NCBI GenBank assembly: GCA_050173015.1
Contig: JBFXLE010000041.1
Span: 1 to 23,837 of the forward strand
Direction of reading: 5' to 3'
DNA length: 23,837 bases
DNA from: Calditrichaceae bacterium
Lineage (GTDB): Bacteria > Calditrichota > Calditrichia > Calditrichales > JBFXGD01
The notes under the pieces were generated by a model, which searched no databases, was not told the origin of the DNA, and was given only the letters and a program-made list of their open reading frames with translations. Below, piece after piece: positions 18,304 to 23,837 of the stretch. Every line of letters begins with the position of its first letter. Position 1 is the first letter of the stretch. The position numbers were made by a program, and so were the translations under genes.

Positions 18304-19332
18304 ATGTCCCAAAAAATTCAAAAATCTCTGACAAATTGTGTTGATAATCTGCTGCCGATTCTCGATGAAGTGAATAGTCTGCAGAATGTCGAACGGACGC
18401 TGCATCATATTGTCGAACAATTGGTTAAAGATTTGAATTGCAAGACCTGCGCCATCGTAGAGATCAATCCGACGACGGAGTATTTGGAAATACGCAACTT
18501 TCACGGGCTGTCATGGAGTTTTTGTAAAAATTTCCGCAAAAAAATTGACAGCCCTATTATTCATGATCTGATTTGGAAGAGTGAGTCAATCTATATTCCG
18601 GATAAAAAATTCGCCAGCATTTTAGCGGATGAGTTACAGATGGAGCACGAATTTGTCTCGTGTTATGCCGTGCAATTGATGGCGAATTACCAGCCTTTGG
18701 GATTTCTGTACATTGACAGCGACGAGCCGGATAATTTTGTCGGAGAACAGCAGTTAGTCGCCCAGTTTTACGCCAGACTGATCAGTATGAGTATATCAAA
18801 AGAACGATTATATATTGAATTGCGGCGCCTGAATCATCTGGATGAAGAATCCGGAGCGATCAGATATGATCATTACTTTCCACGCTTGCAGGAAATTTTC
18901 CATCAGGCGAAAAGGTTGAACGAAAATTTCTCTGTTCTGCTGCTGGATATTGAAAAATATACATCCATACTCAAATTATACGGAATTGATGTTGTCAGGC
19001 AGATGCTCAAGGAACTTGTCATGCTGATCAGTCAAAATCTTCGTCAGTATGATGGTCTCTGCCGCTTTGGAGCCGATGAGTTTCTGATCACTCTTCCGGG
19101 AACAACGCTGAGTTCCGCGGTCGAAGCGGCAAAAAAAATACAAACTGTGGTGAAAGACGCGGAATTTACGCAAAAAAAATTAAAGATCAGGTTCTTTACC
19201 GGTGTGGCAAATTTTCCTGATAACTGTTCAGGTACATCAGGGCTTCTGACTGCCGCCAAAAATGCGTTGCTGGAAGCTAAAAGAGAAAACAGAACCGATG
19301 TTGTTGTCAGTTTGAATGAAAAATATGATTGA
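18304..19332 (+). CDS. GAF + degenerate GGDEF (GADEF) domain protein
   Basis: N-terminal GAF-like region (LGFLYIDS...F); C-terminal LLLDIE, RQYDGLCRFGADEF, GVANFP, ALLEAK; AAGGAGG RBS. Confidence 0.88.
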   Translation: MSQKIQKSLTNCVDNLLPILDEVNSLQNVERTLHHIVEQLVKDLNCKTCAIVEINPTTEYLEIRNFHGLSWSFCKNFRKKIDSPIIHDLIWKSESIYIPDKKFASILADELQMEHEFVSCYAVQLMANYQPLGFLYIDSDEPDNFVGEQQLVAQFYARLISMSISKERLYIELRRLNHLDEESGAIRYDHYFPRLQEIFHQAKRLNENFSVLLLDIEKYTSILKLYGIDVVRQMLKELVMLISQNLRQYDGLCRFGADEFLITLPGTTLSSAVEAAKKIQTVVKDAEFTQKKLKIRFFTGVANFPDNCSGTSGLLTAAKNALLEAKRENRTDVVVSLNEKYD

Positions 19333-19346
19333 ACAAGGAAGAATGT

Positions 19347-20246
19347 ATGCTCAAAAAATTTGAAAATCTACTGGATAAACTAAAAAATGAAAAAAATAAA
19401 AAGGTCGCGGTGGCCATGGCGCAGGACGCGGATGTGCTCACCGCGCTCGAAAAAGCCAGAACCGCCGGGTTAGCAGATGCGGTTCTTGTCGGATCGGCGA
19501 AGGAACTCCGGAATATTGCCGACAGGATAAATCTCGATCTTGGTGCTTATGAAATAATCGATATTGAAGATGAATTGGAATGCGTACGAAAGGCTGTAGA
19601 ATTAGTAAAATCCGGTGAGGCGCAGGTAGTGATGAAAGGATTGTGCAGCACTTCGAACTTTTTGAAAGGTATTCTGGATAAAGAAAATGGCCTCCGAACC
19701 GGAAAAGTATTATCGCATCTTGCAATATTCGAAAGCAAAAATTATCATAAACTGCTTTTTTTGTCTGATGCCGCCATGAACATCGCTCCCAACCTGAATG
19801 AAAAGATCGCTATTACCGAAAATACCATTAAAGCGACATTGGCGCTTGGATATGAAAATCCGAAAGTTGCCATCATTTCCGCGGTTGAAAAAGTGAATGC
19901 CGAAGGAATGCCCTCTACCGCCGACGCGGCCATAATATCAAAAATGGGCGACCGAAAACAGATAAAAGGCGCCATTATCGATGGCCCTTTAGCGCTCGAC
20001 AATGCCCTGTCGGCAAGGGCCAATGAGGTTAAAGGTCTTGTGTCACCGGTTGGTGGTGACGCGGATATATGTATTGTGCCGAATATAGAGGCCGGGAATA
20101 TATTTTATAAACTGCTTACGACCATCGGCGATGCGAAAGTCGCGGGTGTCATTCTTGGAGCCGCCGCGCCCGTCGTTCTCACATCACGCGCCGATTCGGA
20201 TGAGTCAAAATTCTTATCAATCGTTTCCGCGCTGGCAATCAGTTAA
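19347..20246 (+). CDS. ptb: Phosphate butyryltransferase (branched-chain phosphotransacylase)
   Basis: VMKG, LRTGKVLSH, DAAMNIAP, DGPLALDNA, PNIEAGN, VLTSRADS; adjacent to buk. Alternative TTG start at 19329 overlaps the upstream stop. Confidence 0.9.
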   Translation: MLKKFENLLDKLKNEKNKKVAVAMAQDADVLTALEKARTAGLADAVLVGSAKELRNIADRINLDLGAYEIIDIEDELECVRKAVELVKSGEAQVVMKGLCSTSNFLKGILDKENGLRTGKVLSHLAIFESKNYHKLLFLSDAAMNIAPNLNEKIAITENTIKATLALGYENPKVAIISAVEKVNAEGMPSTADAAIISKMGDRKQIKGAIIDGPLALDNALSARANEVKGLVSPVGGDADICIVPNIEAGNIFYKLLTTIGDAKVAGVILGAAAPVVLTSRADSDESKFLSIVSALAIS

Positions 20247-20261
20247 TGGAGAGTATTATTA

Positions 20262-21338
20262 ATGTCTGAAAATAACATGCTGTTACTTGTGGTTAATCCC
20301 GGATCGACCAGTACCAAAATATCTATCTTCAAAAATTCCGAAGAAGAATTTACAGAAACAATTACACATAAGATTGAAGAACTTGCCCGGTTTAATAAAG
20401 CTTCCGATCAGGATCTTTACCGGATGGAGATCATCGTACGCGTTCTTCGGGAAAAGAAAATCCCGTTTGAAAACATTAAGGCGGTTGTCGGCAGGGGAGG
20501 ATTGGTCAGACCGATAGAAGGCGGCACGTATATCGTAAATGAACAAATGGTAGCAGATCTGAAACGAGGCATTATGGGAGATCATCCATCAAATTGCGGT
20601 GGTCTGATCGCTTATGCCATTAGTAAGGCGCTTGGATGTAACGCCTATATTGTTGATCCGGTTGTAGTGGATGAGCTTCAGCCTGAAGCAAGAATTTCCG
20701 GAATGCCGCTGATCAGCCGGAAAAGCATTTTTCACGCTCTCAACCAAAAGGCTGTCGCGAGGGAAGTTGCCCAGGAATTGGATAAATCCTACTTCGATAT
20801 TAATGTTATTGTAGCTCATATGGGCGGCGGCATCACTGTGGGCGCTCACAGAAAAGGCCGGGTTGTTGATGTAAACAACGGCCTGGACGGTGACGGTCCG
20901 TTTTCTCCGGAGAGAAGCGGTTCTGTCCCCGTCGGTGACCTTGTTAAAGCGGCTTATTCCGGTGAATATACGCTTGCTGACATGAAAAAACTGATCAAAG
21001 GACATGGCGGCATGGTCGCTTATCTCGGTTCGCATGATATGAGAATCGTTGATGAAAAAGTCGATGAGGGTGATGAACAGGCGACTCTTATCTATAACGC
21101 GATGGCATATCAGGTATCGAAAGAGATAGGGGCTCTCGCCGCGGCCCTAAAGGGAGAAGTTGACGCCATAGCGCTGACAGGAGGAATTGCAAACAGCAAC
21201 CGTTTTGTGAATCTCATAAAAGAACATATAAATTTTATCGCGCCGGTGTATGTTTATCCGGGAGAAGAAGAAATGCGCGCACTGGCTCTGGGAGGATTAC
21301 GCGCGCTGACAGGCGAGGAAGAAGCGAGAATCTATTAG
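20262..21338 (+). CDS. buk: Butyrate kinase (branched-chain carboxylic acid kinase)
   Basis: NPGSTSTK, VGRGG, VDPVVVDE, HALNQKAVAR, HMGGGITV, DGPFSPERSG, LTGGIA, PGEEEM. Confidence 0.95.
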   Translation: MSENNMLLLVVNPGSTSTKISIFKNSEEEFTETITHKIEELARFNKASDQDLYRMEIIVRVLREKKIPFENIKAVVGRGGLVRPIEGGTYIVNEQMVADLKRGIMGDHPSNCGGLIAYAISKALGCNAYIVDPVVVDELQPEARISGMPLISRKSIFHALNQKAVAREVAQELDKSYFDINVIVAHMGGGITVGAHRKGRVVDVNNGLDGDGPFSPERSGSVPVGDLVKAAYSGEYTLADMKKLIKGHGGMVAYLGSHDMRIVDEKVDEGDEQATLIYNAMAYQVSKEIGALAAALKGEVDAIALTGGIANSNRFVNLIKEHINFIAPVYVYPGEEEMRALALGGLRALTGEEEARIY

Positions 21339-21414
21339 AATTTCTCTTTTGTATCCTTTTGCGGAAAATCTGCATCAAATCTGTTAAAAATGAATGTATT
21401 ATGAGGATTTTACA

Positions 21415-21576
21415 ATGATGATGGGAATACTGGGAATTGCCGGAGGCGCCATTACCGGATATCTGGTTGGTCATAACATGTCAAAATTGAATTTGGGTTG
21501 TCCGCTCATATGCAATCCCAGGATAAGTACCGTCTATTTTGCAGTCATGGGATTTTTACTCGCTACAGGATATTAG
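21415..21576 (+). CDS. Small two-helix membrane protein with a CPLICNP loop (resembles DUF6132-type proteins)
   Basis: GAGGA RBS before ATG 21415; two Gly-rich hydrophobic segments flank GCPLICNPRIST; ends 12 bp before the osmC-like gene. Family resemblance is from memory. Confidence 0.65.
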   Translation: MMMGILGIAGGAITGYLVGHNMSKLNLGCPLICNPRISTVYFAVMGFLLATGY

Positions 21577-21588
21577 AAAGGAAAAATT

Positions 21589-22017
21589 ATGGCAAAAGCG
21601 AAAGCTAAAGCGATTCAGATTAAAGGTGTGACCTTTATGGGTATCACAGACAGCAATCATTGGGTGCCGATGGATGGCCCGGTAGATTTCAAGGGCTCAG
21701 ACGCGGGAATCAGACCCAAGGAACTCCTGCTGCTTTCACTGGCGGGCTGTACAGGAAGTGATGTTGTGGCGATACTTGATAAAATGCGCGAACCTTATAC
21801 TCGTTTTGAAGTCGATATCGACGCGGATCAAACCGAAGAACATCCAAAGGTTTATTCGAGAATTGAAGTGATTTATAAAATTTGGGGTGAAGGACTTAAA
21901 GAGGCCAATTTGCAAAAAGCGATCAATCTTTCCAAGGACCGTTATTGCGGCGTCTCAGCTATGTTAAAAGACGCGGTGGACATCATTCATACCTATAAAA
22001 TAAATCCCGAAGAATAA
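21589..22017 (+). CDS. OsmC/YhfA family protein
   Basis: RPKELLLLSLAGCTGSD and DRYCGVSAML (two conserved Cys), HPKVY; AAGGA RBS. Confidence 0.9.
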   Translation: MAKAKAKAIQIKGVTFMGITDSNHWVPMDGPVDFKGSDAGIRPKELLLLSLAGCTGSDVVAILDKMREPYTRFEVDIDADQTEEHPKVYSRIEVIYKIWGEGLKEANLQKAINLSKDRYCGVSAMLKDAVDIIHTYKINPEE

Positions 22018-22040
22018 TTTTAACGACTCATCTGTTTAGC

Positions 22041-22076
22041 AAAGCGCGGAAAGTGGATAATTTCGCGCTTTTTTTT
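22041..22076 (+). terminator. Rho-independent terminator after the osmC-like gene
   Basis: AAAGCGCGGAA...TTTCGCGCTTT stem followed by a T run. Confidence 0.8.
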
Positions 22077-22175
22077 ATTTAATTTGGAAAAATTATTAAA
22101 TTCTATAGCTATTTTGTCGAAGCATTATAAATAATTCACATACATCATATCATTCTTATTGAGCGGACAAAAAAT

Positions 22176-22511
22176 ATGACGGAAGTTTTAATTGAATTCG
22201 AAGAAGCCCTTGGCAGGCTTGATCAGGACAAAGAATTTTTAATCATTCTTCTTAATGAACTACTTATTCAGATTGACGAGAGCTGGGATGAGTTGAATAC
22301 ATCTGTTACAGAATCAGATTATGCGAAATTGAGATATATTTCCCACAGCATCAAAGGAGCCGCGTCGAGTCTCGGGGTGGTGGGGATGGCCGAAATTTTT
22401 TCTCAATTGGAAGATATGGCGGCAAGGAACAGCGCCTCCGGGGCACCGAAACTTCTCAAGATTGTTGAATCTCAAAAAATGGAATTGATCGAATTTCTGC
22501 AAAATGTATGA
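22176..22511 (+). CDS. Stand-alone Hpt (histidine phosphotransfer) domain protein
   Basis: All-helical 111 aa with SHSIKGAASSLG (HxxKG motif) and downstream LE. Confidence 0.88.
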   Translation: MTEVLIEFEEALGRLDQDKEFLIILLNELLIQIDESWDELNTSVTESDYAKLRYISHSIKGAASSLGVVGMAEIFSQLEDMAARNSASGAPKLLKIVESQKMELIEFLQNV

Positions 22512-22522
22512 TGATAATTCTT

Positions 22523-23236
22523 TCATCCGCTCTGTTTTTGAAGAAAATCGACCGGAGTAGCAAGAGCGGCGATATCCACCGTCAACGCGCCTGCCTTCTT
22601 AATACTGAATGCGCATGAGTTTAAAGTGCTGCCGGTCGTTATCACATCATCAATTATAAGTATCCTCCCGCCTGACAAATCATCTGTCACTTTAAAAGCA
22701 TCGCCGACATTTTTTATTCTATCCTGTTTATTCAATTTTGTTTGTGATTTTGTGTATTTAGTTCTTATGATCAGATTTTCTCTGAACTTGCGGCCCGTAA
22801 CAGATGCAAAGTGCCGGGCAATCTCGCTGCTTTGATTGTATCCGCGTTCACGGAATCTGATGGGGTGGAGCGGAACGGCTGTGACGATATCGTAATCGGC
22901 ATCAGGAATAGTATCGGAAAGTCCTTCGGCAAAATACCGGCCCAGACTCAGGCTGCGATTGTATTTCAGATGATGAATCAGTTTTTGGAAAACATCACCG
23001 AACTGATAGCGGATATAAAGATGGTCAAAATACGGATTTTGTATCTCATCCAGCAAGATACCGGTCATTTCACGGGAAATCAGCGGCAGATCATTAAAGC
23101 AGGACTCACAGATTACCTTTCTTCCGGTCGGAAGCGAAACACCGCAGAACTCGCATCTCGACGGCAGAGCCACTGATATGACGGGTTCTATAAAAAAGTC
23201 ATAAAATTTTGAAAATCGCATCTTTATATCAATCAT
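22523..23236 (-). CDS. comF: ComF family protein (zinc ribbon + phosphoribosyltransferase-like domain)
   Basis: CEFC and CESC zinc ribbon; VPLH..R.RERGYNQS; IIDDVITTGST. Start could be 23221. Confidence 0.92.
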   Translation of the reverse strand: MIDIKMRFSKFYDFFIEPVISVALPSRCEFCGVSLPTGRKVICESCFNDLPLISREMTGILLDEIQNPYFDHLYIRYQFGDVFQKLIHHLKYNRSLSLGRYFAEGLSDTIPDADYDIVTAVPLHPIRFRERGYNQSSEIARHFASVTGRKFRENLIIRTKYTKSQTKLNKQDRIKNVGDAFKVTDDLSGGRILIIDDVITTGSTLNSCAFSIKKAGALTVDIAALATPVDFLQKQSG

Positions 23237-23546
23237 GATAGGTTATCATTATCAAAGCGATAAACAGCGTGAAATAGAAAATGAAACCGGTTATACAAAA
23301 TTTAGAAATTTCCGCTGATGATTAAAAGCATTCTTTTTTTTGTATTGAAAATTGAAAATCAAAAAATCTTTCCAGACTGTCCAGGTGTTGAAAATCAATA
23401 CAAAGTTCGTGTTGAGATATTAGACAAATCGTCGGCATACGTATAAAATTATCCATCAATTGTTCTGTAAATAGCAAAGTGTTATGCGGTTTAAGTTGTT
23501 AATAAACAATAAAATAAATGCCTTGTATCTGGATGTTGTTGTTTTT

Positions 23547-23563
23547 TTGGCATAATAAATGCT
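23547..23563 (+). promoter_or_regulatory. Sigma-54 (-24/-12) promoter upstream of fliA/whiG
   Basis: TTGGCATAATAAATGCT has exact GG-N10-GC spacing (GG 23549-50, GC 23561-62), 50 bp before the ATG. Confidence 0.7.
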
Positions 23564-23611
23564 GAATATGAGATGAAAATCATCCAACTGAAAACCATAC
23601 AGGGGGCAATC

Positions 23612-23837
23612 ATGCAACAGGCAACTGATCCAATCTGGTTTGAGTACAAAGTCAACAATAATTTACGGTATAGGCAGGAACTCATTCTTCGGTACGTCGG
23701 ACTTGTGAAGTATGTTGTCCGTAAAATGATTAAAAACTATCCCGCCGCAATTGAAGAAAGTGATCTCTATCAGATAGGGGTATTAGGATTGTCTGAAGCA
23801 ATCGAACGTTTTGATCCTAATTATGGAATTAAATTTG
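23612..23837 (+). CDS. fliA: FliA/WhiG (sigma-28) family RNA polymerase sigma factor, 5' part; runs off the window and is absent from the ORF track
   Basis: My translation: MQQATDPIWFEYKVNNNLRYRQELILRYVGLVKYVVRKMIKNYPAAIEESDLYQIGVLGLSEAIERFDPNYGIKF. This is a sigma region 2 pattern (DL...G..GL.EAIERFDP..G.KF); AGGGGG RBS. Confidence 0.88.
   Translation, partial: MQQATDPIWFEYKVNNNLRYRQELILRYVGLVKYVVRKMIKNYPAAIEESDLYQIGVLGLSEAIERFDPNYGIKF

Noticed and set aside
741-23685. Many short ORFs antisense to or overlapping the called genes (e.g. 1935-2288, 4818-5192, 15552-16055, 20589-21035, 22811-23176, 23491-23685)
   Set aside because: Shadows of well-supported genes with no recognisable motifs.

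Overview
Bacterial chromosomal window, about 40-45% GC by eye, with AT-rich intergenic gaps. The gene mix suggests an anaerobic, amino-acid-degrading organism of the FCB superphylum such as Calditrichota; this is inference, as no marker gene is present. It opens with a non-coding 245-bp-period tandem repeat (1-430) built from REP-like GNA-triloop palindromes and purine-rich heptamers. About 21 CDSs follow, mostly on the + strand: methylmalonyl-CoA mutase B12-binding subunit, RadC, acyl-CoA carboxylase beta, PAP2/Aur1-like membrane enzyme, succinate-semialdehyde dehydrogenase, thioredoxin-like protein, AI-2E transporter, NUDIX hydrolase (-), bifunctional FTCD, a hypothetical protein, tetraheme cytochrome c554-like protein (-), a histidine kinase with a sigma-54 activator, MaeB, a leucine dehydrogenase / GAF-GGDEF / Ptb / Buk cluster, a small membrane protein with OsmC, a stand-alone Hpt, ComF (-), and the 5' part of a FliA/WhiG sigma factor that the ORF track missed. 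The most unusual signals are: (i) a C2H2-spaced zinc-finger motif within a ~70-aa insertion in FTCD; (ii) a degenerate GAF-GGDEF protein with an intact RxxD I-site inside the branched-chain amino acid catabolic operon; (iii) the structured tandem repeat with a compensatory stem change; (iv) a sigma-54 -24/-12 promoter with paired upstream palindromes ahead of fliA. No rRNA, tRNA, CRISPR array or transposase is visible.
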